A DNA stretch of 64,000 nt from Bacteroidota bacterium. GTDB taxonomy: Bacteria; Bacteroidota; Bacteroidia; NS11-12g; UBA955. The notes beneath the pieces are model-generated. The model saw only the letters and a program-made list of their open reading frames with translations, did no database searches and was not told the DNA's origin. The stretch covers positions 74,788-138,787 of the forward strand of contig CANMBF010000002.1 in the NCBI GenBank assembly GCA_947496065.1, given 5' to 3'. Within the stretch, counting starts at the first letter, position 1; each line of letters opens with the position of its first letter. Positions 37,357 to 46,298 of the stretch are shown here, in pieces. The translations under genes were made by a program, and so were the position numbers.

Positions 37357-39117
37357 TTAAAAATAACTACTTATTCCAAAGTGAATTTTTCCTGCACGAA
37401 GGTCGAAATTATTTTGCTTTTCTTTACCAAGTGCATATAAAATACTTAAAATACCTGCGCGTGTTTCAATATTACCCCCTACCCCAAATCCCCATGGTGT
37501 GTCATAGGTTGCGTCTTTGCCTGTTGTATGGTCTTCGTAATAGGCGCCATTCCAAAATGCTTTAATGTAGGAGTTAGGCCCAAGCAGATAGCGGTATTCT
37601 AAATCTAACATATTAAAATTGGTGGCGTATATACTTTGCTCGTTGAAGCCTTTCAAGGAATTGATACCACCTTCCCGCATTACCTCATTAAAATAAATGA
37701 CGGGTGCAACAATTTGTTCAATACTTACTCCAGCTTTAATTGTTCCTTTTAATCCTACAGGAAAAAATTTATCAATTCTTAATTTAATTTGGTATTGATT
37801 GGTTCTTAAAACAGTTGAATCGTAAAGGTTATATCCCGCTGTTCCGAATTTTACACTGGCTATTCTATTATCAGTAAGTATTTGTTTTGTACCAGCAGAG
37901 ATTGTACTCTCTATCCACCAACCTTTACGGGGATTGAAACGGTAATCTAATAAATTAAAATTGGCCGACAAACCATACTGGGTTGTTTGCACAGAATTGA
38001 TATCCGGCAAACGTTCTTTATTTCTAACTTTTATTGTGTCTACACTAATTAAATTGGTGGTATTCACTTTATAAAACACTTTGAAACCATTGATACCAGA
38101 GGTGTAATACTGTATACCAATTTGTCTGTTAAAGTTAGAATAAAATGTATCGAATTTAAGAAAATCGACGGTCAAATCGGCACCAAACGGTTGACCTAAA
38201 ATATAGGGATAATTAAAAGCCGTTTTTAATTCTTGTGAACGCGCTTGAAAACTCTTCCAATTGATCATTACCATTTTACCCGTTTTAAAAAGATTATTCA
38301 ATTTCAATAAAAATTCACCTGTAAAAACAAAAGGTTGGGCTTGTGTTGTATTGGTTGCACTTGGGGCTAGGCCGATAATACCATTGACTTGATCAGATTT
38401 TTTCTTTTTCAAATACAAGTAGGGTTTTGCTTTACCACCATTTACAAAAACCATTTGTGGTATGCGTTCTGCCGAAAGAAAAGGCAATTGGTTTAATTTA
38501 TCAAAGGCTTTTCTGTACACTGATTCACTGTAAACCTTTCCGACTTTTAAACCTGTGTAGGCACTTAAGAAAGTCTTTTTAACATTGGCATCGCCATCTA
38601 AGTGCATACTATCGAATAAAAAGAGGGCGCCTTTATCGATGGAGAGAAAGACTTCCAATTTGTTTTTATTTAATACAGTAGAATCTGTTTTTAAACTGCA
38701 AAACGGATACCCATTGTCTTCGTAAAAACCTAAAACAGCATTGGCATAATTTGAAAACACAGCCGTATCGATGGCACTGTTTGAAAATTTCTCACTCAAA
38801 CTCAAAAGGCTATTGGCTTTGGTTATTTGATAATCGGCCGTAAAGCTTTTAACGACATATTTTTTACCTATGAAAACAAAAGCATTTACCTCGCCCTTGC
38901 CCCATTTTACACTATCAATGCTTACCGCTGCAAAACCGCGTGCTTTATAGAAATTTACAAAGCCTGACATTGCGCGTACTTGTTGTATACTGTCAATCCT
39001 TTTGATAAATTTATAGTTGAGTGGATTGTCTGAAAAGGAGAGGCTATAGTTTTGTGCTGAAACCAATGTAGCCATCATCATGAATACCAAAATGTATTTA
39101 TAAGACAATAATTTCAT
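37357..39117 (-). CDS. Outer-membrane beta-barrel protein, BamA/TamA (Omp85)-like
   Basis: 586 aa with signal peptide ...LVSAQ, an N-terminal POTRA-like region, alternating beta-strand pattern and a C-terminal aromatic residue (GISSYF). Confidence 0.55.
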   Translation of the reverse strand: MKLLSYKYILVFMMMATLVSAQNYSLSFSDNPLNYKFIKRIDSIQQVRAMSGFVNFYKARGFAAVSIDSVKWGKGEVNAFVFIGKKYVVKSFTADYQITKANSLLSLSEKFSNSAIDTAVFSNYANAVLGFYEDNGYPFCSLKTDSTVLNKNKLEVFLSIDKGALFLFDSMHLDGDANVKKTFLSAYTGLKVGKVYSESVYRKAFDKLNQLPFLSAERIPQMVFVNGGKAKPYLYLKKKKSDQVNGIIGLAPSATNTTQAQPFVFTGEFLLKLNNLFKTGKMVMINWKSFQARSQELKTAFNYPYILGQPFGADLTVDFLKFDTFYSNFNRQIGIQYYTSGINGFKVFYKVNTTNLISVDTIKVRNKERLPDINSVQTTQYGLSANFNLLDYRFNPRKGWWIESTISAGTKQILTDNRIASVKFGTAGYNLYDSTVLRTNQYQIKLRIDKFFPVGLKGTIKAGVSIEQIVAPVIYFNEVMREGGINSLKGFNEQSIYATNFNMLDLEYRYLLGPNSYIKAFWNGAYYEDHTTGKDATYDTPWGFGVGGNIETRAGILSILYALGKEKQNNFDLRAGKIHFGISSYF

Positions 39118-39218
39118 TCAGTTAAAGTACTTCACAGCATACAAAACTATTGAAAACAATTGACATTAAATTAAAAATATCTTGCTACTGAACGCAAAAT
39201 AAATTGCTATTTTGCACC

Positions 39219-40304
39219 ATGAAATTTTTGAAACAACCCATCAGTTTAATTATTGCATTAAGTTTATTAATGTTCAATTGTAGCGCGGGTGCAAAGGCCA
39301 TCGATAAAAAAATCATTAAACCATTTAAGGTTATTTTATTAATCGGAGATGGCATGGGTTTGGCCCAAATTTCTGCAGCTTCGCATTATACCAATGGCGA
39401 ACTATGTCTCAATTTATTCAATGTTATAGGGCTCGTTAAAACCGCTTCGGGCAACGATTACATTACAGATAGTGCAGCAGGAGCGACAGCCTACAGCAGC
39501 GGGGTAAAAACATACAATGGTGCCATTGGTGTTGGCATGGATTCTTTGCCTGTTAAAACCATTTTAGAATATGCACTAGCCCAGCACATGGGCACGGGAC
39601 TGGTTACAACCTGCAGTATTACCCATGCTACACCTGCTGCTTTTTTCTCACACCAACCGAGCAGAAGCATGGATGCTGCCATTGCAAACGATCTATACAC
39701 CCATCCCATTGATGTTGTGATTGGTGGCGGCAAACCCTATTTCGATATGGCCAAACTACAACAATTGGGTTATCAAGTGGCTAGTGGCAGTGCCATTCAA
39801 TGGAACATGGACTACCCCAAGTATTTTTATTTTTACAACGATAGTATTCATCCTCCGAAATGGTCGGAGGGCCGTGGTGATTTTTTAGTGAATGCCACCA
39901 AACGCGCCATCAAAACCTTGGATCAAAATAAAAATGGCTTTTTCTTGATGGTAGAAGGCAGTCAGATTGATTGGGGTGGGCATGATAACAATTTTAATTA
40001 TACTGTGAAAGAGACCATTGATTTTGATAAAGCGGTGCGCGCAGCTTATGAATTTGCAAAACAAGATGGCCATACTTTGGTATTGGTAACTGCCGATCAT
40101 GAAACGGGAGGGTTGGCCCTCAACAACGGCTCGTTAAAAAACCATACCATTGAACCAGCCTATACCACTGGCCATCATACGGGTATCATGGTACCTATTT
40201 ATGCTTATGGACCAGGTGCTGAAATGTTTGCAGGAACCATAGAAAACACTAAAGTATTCGACAATCTTTGTCAATTGTTAGGCTTCAAATTTCACAAGAA
40301 GTAA
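39219..40304 (+). CDS. phoA: Alkaline phosphatase (PhoA family)
   Basis: LLIGDGMGLAQISAA, active-site TDSAAGATAYSSG, EGSQIDWGGH and VTADHETGG. Start taken at the ATG at 39219 (MKFLKQP); the ORF-track start 39204 is TTG. Confidence 0.88.
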   Translation: MKFLKQPISLIIALSLLMFNCSAGAKAIDKKIIKPFKVILLIGDGMGLAQISAASHYTNGELCLNLFNVIGLVKTASGNDYITDSAAGATAYSSGVKTYNGAIGVGMDSLPVKTILEYALAQHMGTGLVTTCSITHATPAAFFSHQPSRSMDAAIANDLYTHPIDVVIGGGKPYFDMAKLQQLGYQVASGSAIQWNMDYPKYFYFYNDSIHPPKWSEGRGDFLVNATKRAIKTLDQNKNGFFLMVEGSQIDWGGHDNNFNYTVKETIDFDKAVRAAYEFAKQDGHTLVLVTADHETGGLALNNGSLKNHTIEPAYTTGHHTGIMVPIYAYGPGAEMFAGTIENTKVFDNLCQLLGFKFHKK

Positions 40305-40367
40305 TGGTGTTTGGTCGTTAAAATTAATAATTTGTCTGAGACTTGTTAATTGACATTAAAAAAATGA

Positions 40368-40375
40368 TACATTTG
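40368..40375 (+). promoter_or_regulatory. Candidate -7 box (TACATTTG) for the SPFH gene
   Basis: Exact TAnnTTTG match, 42 nt upstream of the ATG at 40417. A CTTG lies 22 nt upstream. Confidence 0.3.
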
Positions 40376-40416
40376 AACTAACCAATTCGGTTATTATAAA
40401 CAAACAAAAAATCAGT

Positions 40417-41319
40417 ATGGTACTAATTATTCTAGGTCTTATTATTTTTGCTGCAGCCACATATGCATTCCGCAACAACAGTCCTTTTATCCGTTTTAAA
40501 GGTGCAATCAAAATTGCAGGCATCGTCTTTATCGTTATCGGCATTATGAATGCCTGTTTCATACAAATTAATGCTGGACAAATTGGCGTTAAGTCGCTCT
40601 TTGGAAAGGTGGAAGACAATATTTTGTTGAGTGGTTTGAACTTTGTGAATCCATTGGTTGATGTAAAAACAATTGATATTAAGACACAAAATTACACCAT
40701 GAGTGGTGTGCACGATGAAGGGGCTCAAGCAGGCGATGATGCCATTCGTGTATTAACTGCCGATGGACTCGAAGTCACCATTGATTTAACGGTATTATAC
40801 CGCGTAGTGCCTTCGGAGGCGCCACGTTTAATGAAAGAAACTGGATTGGATTACAATGATAAAATTGTTCGTCCTTTAACAAGAACAAAAATTAGAGACA
40901 ACGCTGTTTATTACGATGCTGTTTCTTTATATAGCACTAAGCGCGATACTTTTCAAATGCGCATATTCAATAGCATCGAAAAAGATTTCAATAAAAGAGG
41001 TTTAATTTTAGAGCAGTTATTGGTGCGCAATATCACCTTGCCTGCTTCTGTTAAAACCACCATTGAATCTAAAATAAATGCTGAGCAAGATGCACAAAAA
41101 ATGCAATTCGTTTTACAAAAAGAAAAACAAGAAGCGGAGCGTAAACGTGTGGAGGCTCAAGGTATTGCAGATTACCAACGCATTATATCAACGGGCCTAA
41201 GCGATAAACAATTGCAATACGAAAGTATTAAGGCGAATTTGGAATTGGCTAAATCTGCCAATGCAAAAGTCATCATCATGGGCAAAAGCAATAGTCCTAT
41301 GATTATTGATACTAAGTAA
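40417..41319 (+). CDS. SPFH/band-7 (prohibitin-like) membrane protein
   Basis: 300 aa with an N-terminal TM. SPFH core (INAGQIGVKSLFGKV...; TADGLEVTIDLTVLYRV) followed by a coiled-coil AEQDAQKMQFVLQKEKQEAERKRVEAQGIADYQ. Confidence 0.85.
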   Translation: MVLIILGLIIFAAATYAFRNNSPFIRFKGAIKIAGIVFIVIGIMNACFIQINAGQIGVKSLFGKVEDNILLSGLNFVNPLVDVKTIDIKTQNYTMSGVHDEGAQAGDDAIRVLTADGLEVTIDLTVLYRVVPSEAPRLMKETGLDYNDKIVRPLTRTKIRDNAVYYDAVSLYSTKRDTFQMRIFNSIEKDFNKRGLILEQLLVRNITLPASVKTTIESKINAEQDAQKMQFVLQKEKQEAERKRVEAQGIADYQRIISTGLSDKQLQYESIKANLELAKSANAKVIIMGKSNSPMIIDTK

Positions 41320-41432
41320 AAAAGTACTTCTTCTGGTCAACTTTAAAAATTTGAATTAGCACTTTAATTCGAGAGGATTTGTCGTGATTCTTTTTTACTG
41401 AATTTTTGTCTTTATTTTAATGTTTTCTTACC

Positions 41433-41464
41433 AATTGGAATTTTCCACTATTTTTTGGAATTAT
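41433..41464. promoter_or_regulatory. Copy 1 of a ~30-nt motif with TGGAA/TTCCA inverted repeats upstream of the sensor kinase
   Basis: AATTGGAATTTTCCACTATTTTTTGGAATTAT. Related to the copy at 41588-41618. Confidence 0.35.
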
Positions 41465-41587
41465 TAAAATACTATTTTATCTTATCATTTAAGTTCACTT
41501 TTGGCATTAAATAAAACATCATTTACTTTATTTCAGATAGTTAACTCCTCTATTTCTTTATTTCCAAATATTGGGTACAAATTGTGT

Positions 41588-41618
41588 AATTGGACAATAT
41601 TTCCACTATATGGAATAT
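41588..41618. promoter_or_regulatory. Copy 2 of the same motif
   Basis: AATTGGACAATATTTCCACTATATGGAATAT. It contains TTCCA-CTATA-TGGAA. Confidence 0.35.
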
Positions 41619-41830
41619 AGGCAAAAAACAAATAATTGACAATGTGAGACTTAAATGATTGGCTCGAAAATTGAAGAATAGTTGAGGCAAAAACATTGAA
41701 TTATAGCATTTTAAAAATAAATCGCCCCTTAAATTTTCAATTATTAATTATTGAAGTCCAAATTATTTTAATTTTGTTCAAAATGAATGACAAAAATTTT
41801 GCAATAAATTAATATCTTTCTAATAATCCA

Positions 41831-44035
41831 ATGCTTCTCCATTCCATAAATTTATTTCAATTTGATTTTAGTCAATGGAAACTTCTTAGCTTTCAATTTC
41901 TACTCATTGGAATTAATGTTCTGATTGCCTTGTGGGTGTTTTTCAAACTCCCTAAAAACAGCAGCAATGCTTCTTTCTTTTACACCATTATCATTTGTAT
42001 TTTACTAGAAATATCAGATATATTAATGCATGCAAGCCTCGATATATATTCGGCCTCACAATGGTTTCGATTAGAGCTGGCATTTTTAATTGTTTTAATG
42101 CCAATCATCATTGAATTTGTAACAAAAATTACCAACTTTAATAGTCGCTTTGCGTCTAATAAGCTCATCTTTATTTGTCTCTACTTACCGGCCATCCTAT
42201 TTTTTATGACCTTGTTGCTTTTCCATGAAGATTATATTTTGGTAAAATCAACCTTTAATTATTGGAAAGTGATTGAATCCCCTAAACTCTTCTCCAATTT
42301 ATTAAATAGCTGGATCATTGCTTGGTCGGCCGTAATGTATTTTATTATTTGGTCGAAATATTGGAAAGCAGAAGGTTTAGAAAAAAAAGAACTTTACCTC
42401 TTCGGCATTGGCTTTTCATTCCCTGTTTTATACGAATTAATCGTCAATTTAATACTGCCAAAGTATTTTAACATTCATGTGTATGCAGCTAATGTACTTT
42501 GCATTTCAACTTTTGTTATTTCATCTTTTCTAATTTTAAGAAATGCCAGGGCGATAAACTACTCACCAGAACTGCAGTGGAACAATATCATTACTTCGTT
42601 GAACGATGCCATTATGATTGTAGACAACCAAGGGAGGATTATGTACGCCAATAAAAGTTTATGCAAAACCATGGAGTATAAATTTAATGAATTGTATGGC
42701 GAAAGTGCAGAAAACCTTTTTCTTAAAAGCGACCTTGAAAAGGCTAAAATGAAGAAAAGAATTGGCGACAGAATTGGAAAAATCTCTGATTACTACGATA
42801 TCATGATGCATTCGAAAACTGGTAAGGAAATTTGGTTCAGTGTGTATGCAAGTCCTTATTACGATGCCGATGGAAAGGTGATGGGTTCCTTAGGCATACA
42901 TACCAATATTTCCGACATCAGAGCGCGCGATAATTACTACAATGCCTTAACTAAAAACCTTACTGAATTCATCACCAGTTCGGATAAAAATGGGAATATT
43001 TTATTTATGAGCCCTGCTATGGAGAAAGCTTTAGGCTTTACCACCGAAGAAGTAAAAGGGCAACCCATGTTTAATCTAATCCATCCAGATGAAAGAAAGG
43101 AAGCCAAGGTTGGTATGAGAAAATTATTACAGGTTCCAGGACTTACGACTCATAACGTTCTGCAATTATACACCAAATCGGGTAAAGGCCTATGGGTGGA
43201 AGGTGTGGTTTCTAATCTAACGCACGATCCCACAGTAAATGCTTTGGTGGCCAATTTTCACGATATAACCGAAAGAATAAAAACCGAAAAAAGTTTAAAT
43301 AAATTGCTACACACAACGAATGCACAAAACGAACGCCTATTGAATTTTGCCTATATCGTATCTCACAACATTCGTTCGCACAGTGCGAATATGGAAGGCA
43401 TATTAGAAATTATTGGCATCGAAAAAAATGAAGAGCGAAAGTTAAAACTCTACAGCATGTTGCAAAAAAGTGTCTTTAAATTAAATCAAACCATTGCTAA
43501 TTTAAATGACATTGTCAATATCCAAACAGATGCCAACGAACATATCGAATTATTAAACATTCGACAAGAAGTTATTAAATGCTGTAATGTAATTGGTGTT
43601 CTTTTAAGCAAAACAAATGCTATTATACACAATAACGTTCCAGAGGATTTAGAAATAAATTGCATTGGCCCTTACATGGAAAGCATTTTGCTAAACTTAG
43701 TGAGCAATGCAATCAAATACCGCTCTCCAGAGCGTTTACCTGTGGTAATTATCAATGCGCACACAAACAATAAAGGCATTGTAATCACTATCGAAGACAA
43801 TGGCTTAGGCATTGATTTAGAAAGATATGGCAACAAATTATTTGGCATGAACAAAACCTTTCATGGCAATGAAGATGCCCGGGGCCTTGGTTTGTACATT
43901 ACCAAAAATCAAGTGGAATCGATGGGTGGCAGAATAGAAGTACAAAGCGAATTGAATATAGGTAGTAAATTTAGTGTCTTTCTAAACAACAACTTTAATA
44001 ATAACACAAATACAATAACAGAACAAATAATTTAA
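41831..44035 (+). CDS. Membrane sensor histidine kinase: ~7 TM N-terminal domain, two PAS domains, HisKA/HATPase core
   Basis: 734 aa. H-box region FAYIVSHNIRSH. ATPase motifs LVSNAIKY (N box), EDNGLGID (G1) and GLGLYI (G2). PAS-like blocks include IMIVDNQGRIMYANK and NILFMSPAMEKALGFT. Confidence 0.88.
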   Translation: MLLHSINLFQFDFSQWKLLSFQFLLIGINVLIALWVFFKLPKNSSNASFFYTIIICILLEISDILMHASLDIYSASQWFRLELAFLIVLMPIIIEFVTKITNFNSRFASNKLIFICLYLPAILFFMTLLLFHEDYILVKSTFNYWKVIESPKLFSNLLNSWIIAWSAVMYFIIWSKYWKAEGLEKKELYLFGIGFSFPVLYELIVNLILPKYFNIHVYAANVLCISTFVISSFLILRNARAINYSPELQWNNIITSLNDAIMIVDNQGRIMYANKSLCKTMEYKFNELYGESAENLFLKSDLEKAKMKKRIGDRIGKISDYYDIMMHSKTGKEIWFSVYASPYYDADGKVMGSLGIHTNISDIRARDNYYNALTKNLTEFITSSDKNGNILFMSPAMEKALGFTTEEVKGQPMFNLIHPDERKEAKVGMRKLLQVPGLTTHNVLQLYTKSGKGLWVEGVVSNLTHDPTVNALVANFHDITERIKTEKSLNKLLHTTNAQNERLLNFAYIVSHNIRSHSANMEGILEIIGIEKNEERKLKLYSMLQKSVFKLNQTIANLNDIVNIQTDANEHIELLNIRQEVIKCCNVIGVLLSKTNAIIHNNVPEDLEINCIGPYMESILLNLVSNAIKYRSPERLPVVIINAHTNNKGIVITIEDNGLGIDLERYGNKLFGMNKTFHGNEDARGLGLYITKNQVESMGGRIEVQSELNIGSKFSVFLNNNFNNNTNTITEQII

Positions 44036-44055
44036 CAGAGTAAAAATACAGCAAC

Positions 44056-44451
44056 ATGGATAAAATAAAAAACGTTTACATTATTGATGACGATGAAATT
44101 ATCATCTATCTAACCGATCGACTTATTACCGAAGAAGAATTTTGCGAGAATAATACCACATTCGAAAATGGATTAAAGGCATTGGACAAAATAAAAGAAG
44201 TCCTTGCAAACAATGGAGAATTACCTGATTTAATGTTAGTTGATTTGAATATGCCAGTAATGGATGGGTGGGAGTTTATCGAGCAGTTTGAAAAACTTGA
44301 GTTGCCTAAGCCTATTCCGATATTTATTTTCACCTCATCAATCAATCCAATTGATACAGAAAAAGCGCATCAACACAAAACCATTAAAGGGTATATACAA
44401 AAGCCACTAACGCCCATTAAATTAGATAAGATAAGACGTTTAATTTCATAA
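44056..44451 (+). CDS. Stand-alone response-regulator receiver protein
   Basis: 131 aa with acidic pocket DDDE, phospho-acceptor in LMLVDLNMPVMDG, FTSS, and conserved Lys in IQKP. Confidence 0.9.
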   Translation: MDKIKNVYIIDDDEIIIYLTDRLITEEEFCENNTTFENGLKALDKIKEVLANNGELPDLMLVDLNMPVMDGWEFIEQFEKLELPKPIPIFIFTSSINPIDTEKAHQHKTIKGYIQKPLTPIKLDKIRRLIS

Positions 44452-44586
44452 TTACTTAACTAAATCTTGCATGCCCATACTTTAATTTCATTGGGAATGC
44501 ATATTAGTTTTTGCGGTTAACTCTTATTCAAAAGTTGGATGAAATTTGTTTACAACAATTTAGCATTTGAATTGATGTACACGCTC

Positions 44587-44594
44587 TATTTTTG
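44587..44594 (+). promoter_or_regulatory. Candidate -7 box (TATTTTTG) for xseAB
   Basis: Exact TAnnTTTG match, 25 nt upstream of the ATG at 44619. A TTTG at 44566-44569 has 17-nt spacing, shorter than the usual 19-21. Confidence 0.3.
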
Positions 44595-44618
44595 TAATTT
44601 CCCTGCGCAAGTAAAACT

Positions 44619-45770
44619 ATGCGTATGAGCCAAAAACTAAAACTCTCGGAACTCGTTGCAGCCATTCAAGAAACCATACAATACCAATTTGATGGGGAGT
44701 CGTATTGGGTGTCTGCACAAATTACCAATGTTAAAAAATACGAGAGCAATCGCAGGTGCTACCTTACCTTAGAAGAATACCAAGGCACACAAAAAACTGC
44801 CGAAATAAAAGCGGTTTTTTGGTCGAACACCTACAGTGAAATAGAAAAATTCGAACACCTCGCCAAACAAGTTTTTAAGAATGGTATCGAAATTATTTGC
44901 AGAGTTAAAGTGCGATTCCACCCTTTGTATGGGTTGAATTGCGATGTTTTAGAAATAGATGCTGCCCATACCGTTGGGAGTGTTGAATTGGAAAAACAAA
45001 AAACCATAGAGCGCCTTTTAAAAGAGAACCCTAGCACCATACAATTATTTGATGGGGTGTTTCGCACCTATAACAACCGCTTGCCTTTGCCATTGGTCAT
45101 TAAAACCATCGCTTTAATTACGGCACCTAACTCCGATGGGCAGCGCGATTTTTTACAAGAGCTACAACAAAATAAACATGGTTATACGTTTGTCATCCAA
45201 GAATTTTTGTGCACCATACAAGGTGATACAGCCCATGAATTAATTTTGCAACAACTCAAAAATATCGAAACCTATGGCTTTGCCTTCGACTTAGTAGCCA
45301 TTGTGCGTGGAGGGGGCTCACAAACAGATTTCAAACCCTTCGATGGTTATGAATTGGCCCGCACAGTGGCCGCCTTCCCCTTCCCTATCTTTACGGGTAT
45401 TGGTCACGACCGCAACCAAAGCATTATCGATTTAATGGCCCGTGAGCAAAAGACACCCACTAAAGTAGCTACGCTGATTATCGACCATAATTTCGAATTC
45501 GAGAATCAAATCATACAACTTAAAACCAATTTCTTTGAAGCCATTAAAAGACAATTGCAAACTGCTAGCGACCAGTTGAATTACGCGCAGCGCATTGTTA
45601 AATTGGCAAGTCCGCAAACCATTTTGCAACGCGGTTTTGCGATGGTTAAGAAGAAGAATAGAATCATAACAAATCCCGATGAGCTAATGGCGGAGGATGA
45701 AATAGAAACCATTTTTAGCAAGCAAACTATCTATAGCACTGTAACCAAAATTAAAAATAATGAAAACTGA
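44619..45770 (+). CDS. xseA: Exodeoxyribonuclease VII large subunit (short form)
   Basis: 383 aa with an N-terminal OB-fold region (YWVSAQITNVKKY) and ITAPNSDGQRDF, VRGGGSQTD, GIGHDRN blocks. Confidence 0.88.
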   Translation: MRMSQKLKLSELVAAIQETIQYQFDGESYWVSAQITNVKKYESNRRCYLTLEEYQGTQKTAEIKAVFWSNTYSEIEKFEHLAKQVFKNGIEIICRVKVRFHPLYGLNCDVLEIDAAHTVGSVELEKQKTIERLLKENPSTIQLFDGVFRTYNNRLPLPLVIKTIALITAPNSDGQRDFLQELQQNKHGYTFVIQEFLCTIQGDTAHELILQQLKNIETYGFAFDLVAIVRGGGSQTDFKPFDGYELARTVAAFPFPIFTGIGHDRNQSIIDLMAREQKTPTKVATLIIDHNFEFENQIIQLKTNFFEAIKRQLQTASDQLNYAQRIVKLASPQTILQRGFAMVKKKNRIITNPDELMAEDEIETIFSKQTIYSTVTKIKNNEN

Positions 45771-45978
45771 ATTGAATTATACCCAAGCCTTTCAACAACT
45801 GCAAGCGCTAGTTAAACAGCTAGAGCAAGGCGGTATTGAGCTGAACGAACTCACAGAGAAGGTAGAGCAAGCCAATGCATTAATAGCGATTTGCGAAGCC
45901 CAATTGAAGCAAATAGAAAAGGACGTGAACAAAGCCAGCGAGCCACCAAAAGCCAAAGCGAAACGGAAGAAGGAATAA
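45760..45978 (+). CDS. xseB: Exodeoxyribonuclease VII small subunit
   Basis: 72 aa helical protein (YTQAFQQLQALVKQLEQGGIELNEL). Overlaps xseA by 11 nt. Confidence 0.85.
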   Translation: MKTELNYTQAFQQLQALVKQLEQGGIELNELTEKVEQANALIAICEAQLKQIEKDVNKASEPPKAKAKRKKE

Positions 45979-46008
45979 AGGGGTGCTTAGTCAAAAGTAC
46001 TTTTTTTT

Positions 46009-46054
46009 ATCGCAAAGGGCACAAAGAGAAAGCAGCACAGAGAACACAAAGAGG
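46009..46054. repeat. GCACAAAG / CACAGAGAA-type intergenic repeat
   Basis: ATCGCAAAGGGCACAAAGAGAAAGCAGCACAGAGAACACAAAGAGG. Related blocks occur at 58690-58760 (same orientation) and 58798-58846 (inverted). Confidence 0.6.
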
Positions 46055-46177
46055 AAAAACATACTAGATGGTATGTTTTTTATTGACCTGGTCTATTGAC
46101 CCCGAAGTGGGTCATATATTATTACAAAGAAGGATACCCAATGCCTTACGACCCTGAAGGGGTCGCATATAAGTCAC
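46055..46177. repeat. Repeat module A: terminator-like hairpin plus two CTTCAG-family hairpins
   Basis: AAAAACATAC-TAGATG-GTATGTTTTTT, then TGACCC-CGAAGT-GGGTCA (46097-46114), then CGACCC-TGAAG-GGGTCG (46149-46165). Aligns along its whole length with 50517-50638. The first hairpin also fits an intrinsic terminator for xseAB. Confidence 0.75.
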
Positions 46178-46239
46178 TATCTCAAAGCATATCGCTAATC
46201 GTTAGTAACGCATGCCTCCAACCAATAAAAACAATGCAT

Positions 46240-46269
46240 AAAAAAAGCAGCCGCTTTTTGGGCGACTGC
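46240..46269 (-). terminator. Candidate intrinsic terminator of the 1314-aa cargo gene
   Basis: On the minus strand GCAGTCGC-(7 nt)-GCGGCTGC (8 bp, one mismatch, GC-rich) is followed by 7 T, starting about 30 nt after the stop. Confidence 0.6.
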
Positions 46270-46298
46270 TAATTTGTTTATGAAAATTAAATACTACT

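Noticed and set aside
40331-40345. CTGAGA string resembling the TPP-riboswitch core upstream of the SPFH gene.
   Set aside because: The surrounding conserved riboswitch helices and the pyrimidine-sensor sequence are absent, and the downstream gene has no link to thiamine.
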